From a phage: DNA of 64,000 bases. Positions within the stretch are counted from its first letter, which is position 1. Every line of letters starts with the position of its first letter. The stretch lies in the sequence record OZ413489.1, one strand, 5' to 3'. Below, piece after piece: positions 47,987 to 56,165 of the stretch. The position numbers were made by a program, and so were the translations under genes. The notes beneath the pieces were generated by a model. It saw only the letters and a program-made list of their open reading frames with translations, ran no database searches and was not told the origin of the DNA.

Positions 47987-48014
47987 TTGACACGCTGCAA
48001 AATTCAAGTAAACT
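47987..48014 (+). promoter_or_regulatory. sigma70-type promoter
   Basis: TTGACA-16 bp-TAAACT, followed by a 5'-UTR hairpin. Confidence 0.5.
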
Positions 48015-48024
48015 AGGCACAAAA

Positions 48025-48043
48025 GGCGGGAATGTTTCCCGCC
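48025..48043 (+). promoter_or_regulatory. 5'-UTR stem-loop
   Basis: ggcggg-aatgttt-cccgcc between the promoter and the RBS of 48063. Confidence 0.45.
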
Positions 48044-48062
48044 AACACGAAGGAAAAAGATC

Positions 48063-48458
48063 ATGAATAAAAACGTACGCCGCATCATGAACGAACTGGC
48101 AAACGATGAAAAAATTATTGATATGCATTTGGTCAACATTTGCCGCCGTTGTGTAACATATAACAACCGCGCCGCAAAAGCGCGTGAGATGAACGCAAAA
48201 GGCACCTTAAAGCCCTTTCAGGTGGTTGTAAAATCTATGACCAGTGCAGCAGGCCAGGCGCATGACCACAACAACGGGAGCACTAATATTGATCCATCTT
48301 ACGTAATGAAACGGATCCGGACTTGCAAGAATAAAGAGCAGGTGTATAACGTCATAGATTGGCTGGACTCCCTGGGTGACGTGGTTTACAATAGGTTTTC
48401 TGCAGCTATTGAAATTCAGTTAGACAGGTTGGACGGGAAAGTACTGAAAACTTACTGA
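48063..48458 (+). CDS. Hypothetical protein
   Basis: 131 aa; RBS aaggaaaaag. Confidence 0.5.
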   Translation: MNKNVRRIMNELANDEKIIDMHLVNICRRCVTYNNRAAKAREMNAKGTLKPFQVVVKSMTSAAGQAHDHNNGSTNIDPSYVMKRIRTCKNKEQVYNVIDWLDSLGDVVYNRFSAAIEIQLDRLDGKVLKTY

Positions 48459-48460
48459 GT

Positions 48461-48506
48461 TTATTTTTAGATGGCCTTGACTCCAGGGCCATCAATAAAG
48501 TAAACT
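48461..48506 (+). promoter_or_regulatory. Repeated 46-bp promoter/palindrome element, copy 1
   Basis: ttatttttaGATGGCCttgactccaGGGCCATCaataaagtaaact: a TTGACT -35 inside an inverted repeat, TAAACT at -10 spacing; near-identical copies at 49089 and 52803. Confidence 0.5.
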
Positions 48507-48538
48507 AATCCCAGTTAAGCGAAAAAGGAGGCTTGAAG

Positions 48539-48658
48539 ATGAGCACTACACGCCAGCACACAAAGGTAACTATTATCGTTTGCATCATTGGTTATATCCT
48601 GGCGCAAATGTTGATGGGTAGCGCTAACGGTGTCGCAAAATTTTTCTTAAACTTTTAA
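48539..48658 (+). CDS. Small hydrophobic peptide (39 aa)
   Basis: RBS aaaggagg, 8 nt before the ATG; one predicted TM helix (TIIVCIIGYILAQMLMG). Confidence 0.45.
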   Translation: MSTTRQHTKVTIIVCIIGYILAQMLMGSANGVAKFFLNF

Positions 48659-48686
48659 TTGACAAGCTAACTTAGATCAGTATACT
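48659..48686 (+). promoter_or_regulatory. sigma70-type promoter
   Basis: TTGACA-16 bp-TATACT. Confidence 0.55.
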
Positions 48687-48698
48687 AAACACATAAAC

Positions 48699-48711
48699 GG
48701 GAAAACTTCCC
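48699..48711 (+). promoter_or_regulatory. 5'-UTR stem-loop
   Basis: ggg-aaaactt-ccc between the promoter and RBS aaaggagaaaac. Confidence 0.4.
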
Positions 48712-48735
48712 AGAACACCAAAAGGAGAAAACATT

Positions 48736-49086
48736 ATGAATACTTCCATCACTATGACCGCCGAAGAAAAAGCCCTGCAGATCGCCGCTCTGAAAAAACA
48801 GATTGCAGAACTTGAAGACAAGATCGACAATTTTGAAATCGACGAAGACAAATACGACGATAAATATGATGAATGGTTGGACGAGATCTACGGCGAAATT
48901 ATGATCGGAAACATTTCTTTTCTTCCGTCGCGTATCCTCAAGGAGCTAGATCCTATCGCTTACCGCTGCGGATTTAGCGACTACATCGACAGCCTGGATA
49001 TTGAGGACGATGAAGAATACCAGGAATTGCAGACAGAGCTTGAAGAAGTGAAAGAAGAGCTTGCAGAACTGGAAGAAAACGAGTAA
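48736..49086 (+). CDS. Hypothetical acidic coiled-coil protein
   Basis: 116 aa; heptad-like N and C termini; very acidic. Confidence 0.5.
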   Translation: MNTSITMTAEEKALQIAALKKQIAELEDKIDNFEIDEDKYDDKYDEWLDEIYGEIMIGNISFLPSRILKELDPIAYRCGFSDYIDSLDIEDDEEYQELQTELEEVKEELAELEENE

Positions 49087-49088
49087 GA

Positions 49089-49134
49089 TTATTTTTAGAT
49101 GGCCTTGACTCCAGGGCCATCAATAAAGTAAACT
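49089..49134 (+). promoter_or_regulatory. Repeated 46-bp promoter/palindrome element, copy 2
   Basis: Identical core to copy 1, directly after the stop at 49086. Confidence 0.5.
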
Positions 49135-49175
49135 TTATACTGTTAACACTGAACTAATGCATAGGAGTTAAAACC

Positions 49176-49421
49176 ATGGCAGCACTAATCACCAAATATT
49201 ATGCCCCTACCAACACCAAAAGCGCCCGTATCATGGTAAAAGGCTTCGGACGTAAAAAGGTTTACACTTGGGATTATTCCCTAGACATGGAAGACAACTA
49301 CACCAACGCGATGACCGATTTTATTAATGAACTAAATAAGCAGATCTTAACCAATTATAAGGTGACCGACATCGCCTATGTTGGGGAAGGTGGGATCTGT
49401 TTTGTCGGTATTGTCAAATAA
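49176..49421 (+). CDS. Hypothetical protein
   Basis: 81 aa; RBS ataggagtt. Confidence 0.5.
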   Translation: MAALITKYYAPTNTKSARIMVKGFGRKKVYTWDYSLDMEDNYTNAMTDFINELNKQILTNYKVTDIAYVGEGGICFVGIVK

Positions 49422-49496
49422 GCTGTTTTTTCGGTGGTCCTGGTGGCAGGGCCATCTATAAAGATAGTTTATTAACACCATGAAAGGAGAAAGTAC

Positions 49497-49850
49497 ATGA
49501 TCAGCGGGGCTAGTTTTATTATTGGCGCTATTGCTACAGCTTTAATTGTAAACAAGATCCAGGATAAAAAGGAAAGAGGAAGTACCGCCCTTGCAGAATA
49601 TCCATTTTGGACATTCAACGATAACGAAGATTATATTATAAAGTATAAAAATAAAGAAGGTGACCAAGTAACACCGCGACCGATCCCGGCTTACAAGATG
49701 CAGGAAACACTATACCGCTTGGAGGCAGGGGGCGCAAAAATTGTGGACTTTTGGGGATACGATCACACAGATCAGGAAGTTATAAAGCGCCGTATCCGGG
49801 CTATTCAGGCCAATATTGAAGTTAGCAAGGGGGGAATATATGAAGATTAA
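49497..49850 (+). CDS. Hypothetical protein with N-terminal hydrophobic segment
   Basis: 117 aa; RBS aaaggagaaag; N-terminal TM-like helix. Confidence 0.5.
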   Translation: MISGASFIIGAIATALIVNKIQDKKERGSTALAEYPFWTFNDNEDYIIKYKNKEGDQVTPRPIPAYKMQETLYRLEAGGAKIVDFWGYDHTDQEVIKRRIRAIQANIEVSKGGIYED

Positions 49851-50037
49851 TTTTGAGAAAATTGTAAAGCGATCTCATGATTCCGAAGAGCTGCCGGAAC
49901 GCCGCCAGCGTAACAATAAACTGAATAAGCCAAAAAGATTTGGGAAGATCTGGCGGAATCATTATGATCGTAAATTGCCGGGCCTCCTTTTGGAACGTGA
50001 ACGGCAGGCGGAACGATACCGCCACAAAGGCAACTAA
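49840..50037 (+). CDS. Hypothetical small basic protein
   Basis: Track ORF from 49816; ATG at 49840 after RBS aagggggg. Confidence 0.4.
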   Translation: MKINFEKIVKRSHDSEELPERRQRNNKLNKPKRFGKIWRNHYDRKLPGLLLERERQAERYRHKGN

Positions 50038-50044
50038 CAACCAA

Positions 50045-50073
50045 CGCCCCGCCATCGTGCGGGGCTTTTTATT
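50045..50073 (+). terminator. Rho-independent terminator
   Basis: gccccgc-catcgt-gcggggc + tttttattt. Confidence 0.75.
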
Positions 50074-50195
50074 TCTACCCTACGAATAGCGCCCCTGGTT
50101 GGCCCCACAACGCCCTAAAAGCCCCCTACCCATGCAATCCCATTTCTTAACCTGAAAACATCGTCAAAGGCTGTTTTAAAGCGTTAAAAATATTG

Positions 50196-50223
50196 TTGAC
50201 ATCTAAAATATTCTAGATATACT
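50196..50223 (+). promoter_or_regulatory. sigma70-type promoter
   Basis: TTGACA-16 bp-TATACT. Confidence 0.55.
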
Positions 50224-50258
50224 AATCACATCAAAGCGAGAAGTAAGGAGTAAACGCC

Positions 50259-50519
50259 ATGCGTAAATTAAAAAATTTTGATAAAGTTGATATTGTCCTG
50301 AATAATTTTTACTACTGCAATAACAAGGCCGTTTGGTGGCGTGATAGTTCCACCGATAAAGTCAAGGCGCGCTTTCTCCAGGGGCACTGGCAAGGCCGCC
50401 CAGTGATTAAAATCATGGGGCAATTGGTAGCGTTTAAAAATTGCCGCCGTGTTGATGACGTTGAAGAGATTTTAAACATTTTGCGCCACAATAATTTAAA
50501 AAATAGTGTTGACAAGTAA
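50259..50519 (+). CDS. Hypothetical protein
   Basis: 86 aa; RBS taaggagtaaac. Confidence 0.5.
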   Translation: MRKLKNFDKVDIVLNNFYYCNNKAVWWRDSSTDKVKARFLQGHWQGRPVIKIMGQLVAFKNCRRVDDVEEILNILRHNNLKNSVDK

Positions 50520-50536
50520 ATCTCAATAAGTATAAT
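50509..50536 (+). promoter_or_regulatory. sigma70-type promoter
   Basis: TTGACA-16 bp-TATAAT overlapping the stop of 50259-50519. Confidence 0.6.
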
Positions 50537-50546
50537 TAAAAACACA

Positions 50547-50565
50547 GGCGGGAAAACTTCCCGCC
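50547..50565 (+). promoter_or_regulatory. 5'-UTR stem-loop
   Basis: ggcggg-aaaactt-cccgcc, then RBS acaggagaaaat. Confidence 0.45.
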
Positions 50566-50593
50566 ACTAACAAAGAAAACAGGAGAAAATATC

Positions 50594-51217
50594 ATGACCA
50601 CCGTTAACATTACCACAGGTTACAATTTATCTTTCGACGTGCTGACCGACGAACAAAAAGAAAAAGCCGTGGAAATGGTCCGCGAAAGAGAAGAACACAG
50701 CGGGGATAACTTTTTTGCAGAAAGTGTAATTGAGTACTATAAAGAATATGTTTTTCCAGAGTACGGCCTTGAAGATACCGATGTACATTGGTCAGGCTTT
50801 TGGTGCCAGGGTGACGGCGCGTCAATCAGTGCGGAAAACGTGGATTTAGAAAAATTCTTGCGTAAAGTCAAGTCTCTGACTAAATTCCGCTCAATTCGTC
50901 ACTTGTTCGGCACAATGCACGATGGCGAGTTATCCGCAAGTGTTGAGCGTGATCCATATAGCCGCTATAGTCACGAAAACACTGTAAACGGATACATCGA
51001 TACTACATGGCTAGACCTGACCACCAAACAAGAAAACAAAGTGGAAGATCTGGAAGAGCTGATCACCGAGACGGTACGGGAGTTATCCCGCAAGGTTTAC
51101 GTAGACCTGGAGGAGGCCTATCTTGAACAATTCACCGCCGAAAACTTGATCGGCCTTATCGAGGCCAATGATTGGCGGTTTGATGTCGATGAACACGGTA
51201 AGATGACTTTTTCATAA
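50594..51217 (+). CDS. Hypothetical protein
   Basis: 207 aa. Confidence 0.55.
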   Translation: MTTVNITTGYNLSFDVLTDEQKEKAVEMVREREEHSGDNFFAESVIEYYKEYVFPEYGLEDTDVHWSGFWCQGDGASISAENVDLEKFLRKVKSLTKFRSIRHLFGTMHDGELSASVERDPYSRYSHENTVNGYIDTTWLDLTTKQENKVEDLEELITETVRELSRKVYVDLEEAYLEQFTAENLIGLIEANDWRFDVDEHGKMTFS

Positions 51218-51225
51218 ATAAAGTG

Positions 51226-51253
51226 TTGCAATAACCTAAAAACCTGCTATATT
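51226..51253 (+). promoter_or_regulatory. sigma70-type promoter
   Basis: TTGCAA-16 bp-TATATT, followed by a 5'-UTR hairpin. Confidence 0.45.
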
Positions 51254-51262
51254 AAAACTCAA

Positions 51263-51281
51263 GGGGCAAGACGTTTGCCCC
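51263..51281 (+). promoter_or_regulatory. 5'-UTR stem-loop
   Basis: ggggcaa-gacgt-ttgcccc, then RBS aaagaggtaaac. Confidence 0.45.
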
Positions 51282-51305
51282 ACACAAAACAAAGAGGTAA
51301 ACATT

Positions 51306-51686
51306 ATGAAAAACACTACTAAAGCTATTGACACCGTTATGTTTAACCTGGTTACATTCCGTGAAGATATGAAAGATCTTCCACGTGAAACAGTGTGCGA
51401 TCACATTGAAAACTATCGCAAACTAATCAAAGAGTTGCCTTTAAAACGTGACCAGTATGCGGCTAACGCTATGCTTAACGCCATGATCAAAAAGATGATT
51501 CAGTGTGATTTAACTCTGGCCTATGATTATGCAGGTGGTCGTTTTGCAGTATACAATCAGCCCGTGCCTGGTATGAGCACCACCGAAGAATTGCACGCGT
51601 TAAATCTGAAACAAGATGTATGGGATAACATGCCCCGCGTGGTGGTGTGGGCAGAAAGCGGAAAGATTTACGGCGATAATTTTTAA
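51306..51686 (+). CDS. Hypothetical protein
   Basis: 126 aa. Confidence 0.5.
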   Translation: MKNTTKAIDTVMFNLVTFREDMKDLPRETVCDHIENYRKLIKELPLKRDQYAANAMLNAMIKKMIQCDLTLAYDYAGGRFAVYNQPVPGMSTTEELHALNLKQDVWDNMPRVVVWAESGKIYGDNF

Positions 51687-51696
51687 TCAGGTAACA

Positions 51697-51722
51697 GGCG
51701 GCATATTTGCCGCCTTATTGTT
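51697..51722 (+). terminator. Rho-independent terminator
   Basis: ggcggc-atattt-gccgcc + ttattg. Confidence 0.55.
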
Positions 51723-51750
51723 AAACAGAACTGCAAAAGAGGTACATAGA

Positions 51751-52122
51751 ATGGAATTTATTATTTTGGCTGTAGTAGTTGCCTTGTTCAACGCCTGGAT
51801 CGCTGGCAAGATAGGTAGATCCGCTTTTCTATGGTTTGTTATATCTATTTTCCTGGGAGTGGTTGCAACTATTGTATTGGTTATCCTTGCAATTGTTGAC
51901 AAGGGCGATAATAGAAAGGGTAAAGTGTTTTCCGACCTGTATGACGCACAAACGTTTGTCAACGCCTATTATAGTGATCTTCCAGTCTCCCTACGCTGCA
52001 GCCTGGCACAACAGGTTTTTGATGAGGCTAAAACCAGAGACCAAGCCCATGAGATATGTTTAACTGAAGCGGATCGCCTATTTGAGAGGAATAGAAAATA
52101 TGTGGACCAGCCGTTTAAATAA
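51751..52122 (+). CDS. Membrane protein (two predicted TM helices)
   Basis: Track ORF from 51616 overlaps the upstream gene and terminator; ATG at 51751 follows RBS aaaagaggtac; begins MEFIILAVVVALFNAWIAG. Confidence 0.5.
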   Translation: MEFIILAVVVALFNAWIAGKIGRSAFLWFVISIFLGVVATIVLVILAIVDKGDNRKGKVFSDLYDAQTFVNAYYSDLPVSLRCSLAQQVFDEAKTRDQAHEICLTEADRLFERNRKYVDQPFK

Positions 52123-52321
52123 CGCCACGTTAATTAATCCCTTTAGTGAAGATTTGAAGCCAGCCGCCTGGCGTGACGGATTCAATAACGAACGCTTTAT
52201 TTTCAGGCCTGATCTTGAGGAATTTTATAACAATGGATCGAACAACAGCGGAGATAATTTTTCTTGTGGTGTGCGTGGTGATAGGACTCCTGGGGGCCAT
52301 TGTAAACCACGTCACTACTAA
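52100..52321 (+). CDS. Hypothetical small protein (uncertain frame)
   Basis: ATG with RBS gagaggaa; overlaps an alternative-frame peptide (52233-52358) that has a clear TM helix, so one of the two is probably spurious. Confidence 0.3.
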   Translation: MWTSRLNNATLINPFSEDLKPAAWRDGFNNERFIFRPDLEEFYNNGSNNSGDNFSCGVRGDRTPGGHCKPRHY

Positions 52322-52341
52322 CAGGAGGGAAGGGGGAGACG

Positions 52342-52461
52342 ATGACAACCAAAGATAAGCCATGCGCTGATAAGGTGCGCCGTGTTATGGTATGGCTTGA
52401 GATTATCGCCCTTGAAATATTGTTAGGCGTAGGGATGTACTTTATCGCTGTAAGTAACTAA
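52342..52461 (+). CDS. Small hydrophobic peptide (39 aa)
   Basis: RBS gggggaga before the ATG; TM helix VMVWLEIIALEILLGVGMYFIAV; terminator follows. Confidence 0.45.
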   Translation: MTTKDKPCADKVRRVMVWLEIIALEILLGVGMYFIAVSN

Positions 52462-52463
52462 GA

Positions 52464-52496
52464 GCGGCCCCCGATCATGGGGGCCTATCTTTTAAA
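52464..52496 (+). terminator. Rho-independent terminator
   Basis: ggccccc-gatcat-gggggcc + tatcttttaaaaaattttt. Confidence 0.65.
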
Positions 52497-52515
52497 AAAT
52501 TTTTCTTCCGGGGTG

Positions 52516-52544
52516 TTGCAATCCGGTCCGGAATGTGGATAATA
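52516..52544 (+). promoter_or_regulatory. sigma70-type promoter
   Basis: TTGCAA-17 bp-ATAATA; the -10 region contains TGTGGATAA. Confidence 0.5.
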
Positions 52545-52599
52545 ACAATCAACGGGGAGCTAATCCCCACCACCACAAAAACCAGAAAGGAGAAACAAA

Positions 52600-52800
52600 A
52601 TGAGCAACAATATCCGCGTTATTAACTTCAAAAAAGAAGAAAAAATTGCCGTGCTGATTGACGGTCAAGAAATCTTCAAGGGCGACTATGAAGATCATCA
52701 AACGGCGATTAGTATCACTCGCGTGATTGGTTATCATAATTTCTACCCCCAAGGCGCTGAGGCAGCAGTTAAACGAATCAAAGAGATTGTAGGCCTGTAA
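52600..52800 (+). CDS. Hypothetical small protein
   Basis: 66 aa; RBS aaaggagaaac. Confidence 0.5.
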   Translation: MSNNIRVINFKKEEKIAVLIDGQEIFKGDYEDHQTAISITRVIGYHNFYPQGAEAAVKRIKEIVGL

Positions 52801-52802
52801 AA

Positions 52803-52848
52803 TTTATTTTTAGATGGCCTTGACTTCAGGGCCATCGATAAAGTAAAT
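52803..52848 (+). promoter_or_regulatory. Repeated 46-bp promoter/palindrome element, copy 3
   Basis: aatttatttttagatggccttgacttcagggccatcgataaagtaaatt; two substitutions relative to copies 1 and 2. Confidence 0.5.
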
Positions 52849-52893
52849 TTAAACCCTGTTAAAATACCACGCAGTTAACAAGGAGTGATAGAC

Positions 52894-53193
52894 ATGTTTA
52901 TCCAGGCTAATAATCTTTATTTCTTTGATGGTCAGATCGTAGATGGTGTGGAAGTGGAGATCACCGGGTGCCCTGGCGGTCAGGCTATGACTTTTCGGAA
53001 TAATGCCTTTGATGATTCTCATATCGTTATAAGAATGGAAGTTACGAAGCTGGACGACAAGAAAACACTTATTGACTATTCTGTGAAAGATCATCCAGAC
53101 TACCGCATGATCCATGGTGATTTGTGCATTGTTGACCGTGACAAGGTGGGCGGCATTGTGATCGCTATTGTGAACGATGTTTTCTCAAACTAA
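52894..53193 (+). CDS. Hypothetical protein
   Basis: Track ORF from 52885; in-frame ATG about 9 nt in, after RBS aacaaggagtg. Confidence 0.5.
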   Translation: MFIQANNLYFFDGQIVDGVEVEITGCPGGQAMTFRNNAFDDSHIVIRMEVTKLDDKKTLIDYSVKDHPDYRMIHGDLCIVDRDKVGGIVIAIVNDVFSN

Positions 53194-53210
53194 TTTCAGC
53201 AGGCGATTTT

Positions 53211-53561
53211 ATGAAAGTCAAACTATATTACCTTAATGAGCTTAACCCCCTTGCCCAGGTCCGCGCCCTAGCTAATACCTTGATTTGTGAGAAATCTGTA
53301 TATTGTGTTGAGCTTAACGCCATGCGTGAACGTCTCAAAGGTGGTTACTTTGACATCCATGCTGCAATCAACGGCCTGAATATGGAATTTATACGCTTAC
53401 GTAACAGCCGCCGGAATCTGGCAAGAATGGAACAAGATCCGGCCCACCTTCGTAAACTGGTTATTGAAAATCATCTGATGTTTAATGCCGAGGGGGATTA
53501 TTACCATTTTCACCGCAAACGCTGGTACCGTGGCGGCAATACAGGCAAGAATGCAAAATAA
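53211..53561 (+). CDS. Hypothetical basic protein
   Basis: 116 aa ORF. Confidence 0.5.
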   Translation: MKVKLYYLNELNPLAQVRALANTLICEKSVYCVELNAMRERLKGGYFDIHAAINGLNMEFIRLRNSRRNLARMEQDPAHLRKLVIENHLMFNAEGDYYHFHRKRWYRGGNTGKNAK

Positions 53562-53597
53562 GGCCCCTAGCAGGGCCTGCAGCAATATAATCACATA

Positions 53598-53631
53598 AAG
53601 GCCATGCGGTTGCATGGCCTTTATTATTTTG
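53598..53631 (+). terminator. Rho-independent terminator
   Basis: aaaggccatgc-ggtt-gcatggccttt + attatttt. Confidence 0.7.
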
Positions 53632-53678
53632 GCGTTACAACGGCATACGGGGCGCTTAAAAAATTTTTAAAGAAGTAC

Positions 53679-53707
53679 TTGCATCATTCCCGACAATATG
53701 GATAATA
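53679..53707 (+). promoter_or_regulatory. sigma70-type promoter
   Basis: TTGCAT-17 bp-ATAATA; same -10 context (tgGATAATAa) as the promoter at 52516. Confidence 0.5.
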
Positions 53708-53770
53708 AGAGTTGTCGAGGGGGAGGCCCCCAATCGTTGACCAGATAGATAGGAGTTAAAATCATGGCTA

Positions 53771-54034
53771 TTGTTACCGCTGGCTATCTTCAAAGATGCG
53801 GAAGCAAAACAACGCCGGATCTCAATACATGAGATCATCAACCTTAACGCTGGAGGCACACCATACCGCCCAGGACCTGGCCGTGAGATGGACAATACGC
53901 TAGCGATCCTGAAGATACGCCGTAAACGGTCCTCCCTTACTCTGGACTCATTACACACAATGCAGCCTCCGTTCCAGGTGACCGGGAAACGGATCGCCAG
54001 GTCCTGGACAAAGGCCAATGATCGGACCGTATAA
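53771..54034 (+). CDS. Possible gene with aberrant start (candidate frameshifted gene or non-coding transcript)
   Basis: 87-codon ORF with only a TTG start; a well-placed RBS (taggagttaaaatc) precedes an ATG at about 53764 in another frame that stops after 22 codons. Confidence 0.25.
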   Translation: MLPLAIFKDAEAKQRRISIHEIINLNAGGTPYRPGPGREMDNTLAILKIRRKRSSLTLDSLHTMQPPFQVTGKRIARSWTKANDRTV

Positions 54035-54120
54035 ATAAAAGTGTTTTGGTACTGATTTTGGGGTTGACTTGTTCGGCCCCTTTTGCTATTCTTATTAAAC
54101 GGGCGGCACTTGGGAACAGG

Positions 54121-54143
54121 GGGAGACAATCACCGGGCCTGCC
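54121..54143 (-). other. Conserved hairpin-core motif, copy C (inverted)
   Basis: Minus-strand ggcaggcccggtgattgtctccc, identical over 23 nt to copy A at 46681. Confidence 0.4.
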
Positions 54144-54168
54144 TGTCATATAAGAACTATAAAAACCG

Positions 54169-54197
54169 TTGACATCTGCCATGGGGTGGGGTAACAT
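54169..54197 (+). promoter_or_regulatory. sigma70-type promoter
   Basis: TTGACA-17 bp-TAACAT upstream of 54252. Confidence 0.45.
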
Positions 54198-54251
54198 TTA
54201 TCTTGAAGGGGCAAAAGTGCCCACACAACAACCAAGAGAGAGGAAAACACT

Positions 54252-54524
54252 ATGTCAAACTGGATTAATCAAGAAGTCGAATCACGTTTTAATGCTATTT
54301 GGGATCTCATCGAAAAAGAAGACGGCACATCAAGCCCCTACCTCAACAATTTGGAATTCCATTTTGTGGAAGCGATGAACGCAGAACATGATCACGAAGG
54401 TGGCGCGGATGAGTTCGCTAAAGGTTATGGCTTTAACAATGCCAACGAAATGATCGAGGCGGTAGTACTCCAGGCTGAGGAAGATTATCAACTAAAAACG
54501 CTTGAATTCTGCCGCCGCAAGTAA
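54252..54524 (+). CDS. Hypothetical acidic protein
   Basis: 90 aa; RBS agagagaggaaaac. Confidence 0.5.
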   Translation: MSNWINQEVESRFNAIWDLIEKEDGTSSPYLNNLEFHFVEAMNAEHDHEGGADEFAKGYGFNNANEMIEAVVLQAEEDYQLKTLEFCRRK

Positions 54525-54530
54525 TAAGAT
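54502..54530 (+). promoter_or_regulatory. sigma70-type promoter
   Basis: TTGAAT-17 bp-TAAGAT at the end of the upstream gene; a 5'-UTR hairpin gggccaaaaggccc (about 54539-54552) follows. Confidence 0.45.
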
Positions 54531-54584
54531 AATGACACGGGCCAAAAGGCCCACTAATCAGAACCGCACAAAGAGGTAAACATC

Positions 54585-54848
54585 ATGAAACGTCTTGATC
54601 AGCTCAAATTAGTTCAATATATGGCTTATCGTGTTCTTGAAGTCCAGAAAGGTAGCAAAAAAGAGGTTTGCGAGAAAGCTTATAAGATCTTCACTCGCAA
54701 AAAAGATGACTGGATGCTACGCCAGACTAAAAAGGCTGACATCTTGGGGTACCTGGAAGAAGAGATCCGCCTTGAAGAGCAAGAAGAGATCCGCCGTAGT
54801 GAGGCAGATTATCAGGCAGCTTGGGAAAACTGGATGAGCAACAAATAA
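54585..54848 (+). CDS. Hypothetical protein
   Basis: 87 aa; RBS aaagaggtaaac; last plus-strand gene before the non-coding region. Confidence 0.5.
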   Translation: MKRLDQLKLVQYMAYRVLEVQKGSKKEVCEKAYKIFTRKKDDWMLRQTKKADILGYLEEEIRLEEQEEIRRSEADYQAAWENWMSNK

Positions 54849-54867
54849 TACAACAAGGTGCACGGTC

Positions 54868-54893
54868 AGGGGCTTAAAGCCCCTTTCTTTTTG
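54868..54893 (+). terminator. Rho-independent terminator
   Basis: aggggc-ttaa-agcccct + ttctttttgtct. Confidence 0.75.
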
Positions 54894-55770
54894 TCTCCTC
54901 TTTTCCTACCACAAATGGCCCCGCCTGGCAAATGGAATAATCAACAAGCCAGCAATTAACCCCACTGTACAAACATACATATAAAATAACTATTGCATAA
55001 TTTTTCATTGTGTGGTAGCAGTGCCATTTTTACACGTTTTTCCTTCCAAAATTGCACGTAATGCAGCATTTGCACAAAATTTAACCTGATGCATATCTTC
55101 AATAGCTTGTCAACAACTAAAAATCTTTATAAGTCATACACTTACATAACTACAAAAACGTTTTCTACGTGAAAAATCGAGTATAACTATAGCCGCCAGA
55201 TCTCAGAATTTACGTACGCTCGCCATTCTATAGCCTGCTAAGCATTTATTCCAACCATAGAATAACGGAATAGTCAATACCTGCATAAAATAATTATTCG
55301 TGTAAACTGCATAACATAAATCGGCCCAGGTGTCAACATTTTTCGTAAACAGTCTGGAATTGTCACGTTAGGTTACCATAAGCAGAGAAATCTTTAGTCG
55401 TCTAATGTTTACTGTACATTACTATACTGACTGGAATCATTAGATGACTAAGAGAAAGATAAGAAATAATTAATAATGTAATTATTTTACCTGTAACAAT
55501 AAGGCAACTATGCAAACGAATGGCATGGCGCGACGGAGTCGCGACATAATATAAAAGCAGTAACCATCACCCCCGTGATAGTTTGTCTGCAAACTATTAA
55601 TCAGATCATAGTTGCCTTGTATTTAGTTAATCATGACATGACAAGCAAGGCAACTATAGATCTGCTAATAGTTGCCCTGCTTTTATATTATGTCATGCTA
55701 ATTATAATCAGTGCGATTATTGTCATGTATAATTATTGTCATGCAAACGAATGGCATGGCTGATTATCGG

Positions 55771-55860
55771 TGTGTAAACAGTCAATCATGTAAATGGTTA
55801 GCATGTGAACAATCAGGAATGTAAACAATCCAGTGTGTAAACTAATAGGTGTGTAAAAGT
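55771..55860. repeat. TGTAAAC-type iteron cluster
   Basis: gtgtaaaca, atgtaaatg, atgtaaaca, gtgtaaact, gtgtaaaag within about 90 bp. Confidence 0.45.
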
Positions 55861-56001
55861 GTCATGTTGTGTCAGTTAGGTCACATTATGTCAGACAAGT
55901 TTTTCTCCTCTTTGTCAAGTGCTGCATGAAAAATTTACAAGCTTGTATGGTAGCATTTTTGCGGCCCTGTTTACATTCAGTAATGTATGTATAATCCTTG
56001 T

Positions 56002-56165
56002 TGTGTGGGCGTTTAGACGTCTAGACGGTTGGAAGTCCACAGGTCAATATCTAATCTATCGGCTGCTAACTATATCCCACACATGTGTGGGCGTTTAGAC
56101 GTCTAGACGGTTGGAAGTCCACAGGTCAATATCTAATCTATCGGCTGCTAACTATATCCCACACA
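56002..56165. repeat. Perfect tandem duplication, 2 x 82 bp
   Basis: The unit tgtgtgggcgtttagacgtctagacggttggaagtccacaggtcaatatctaatctatcggctgctaactatatcccaca occurs twice head-to-tail with no mismatch seen; each copy contains the palindrome TAGACGTCTA; the junction forms CCCACACATGTGTGGG. Confidence 0.8.

Noticed and set aside
52533-52541. Perfect DnaA box TGTGGATAA in the -10 region of the promoter at 52516 (near-match TATGGATAA at about 53695)
   Set aside because: A single 9-mer is expected about once by chance in 64 kb on two strands; no cluster of boxes.
53656-54197. Minus-strand ORFs 53656-54129 and 53937-54197
   Set aside because: They run against a mapped plus-strand promoter and terminator, overlap each other, and the second is a translated copy of the conserved hairpin core.
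56002-56165. Tandem repeat considered as a CRISPR array
   Set aside because: Only two copies, 82-bp unit, directly abutting with no spacers and no cas genes.
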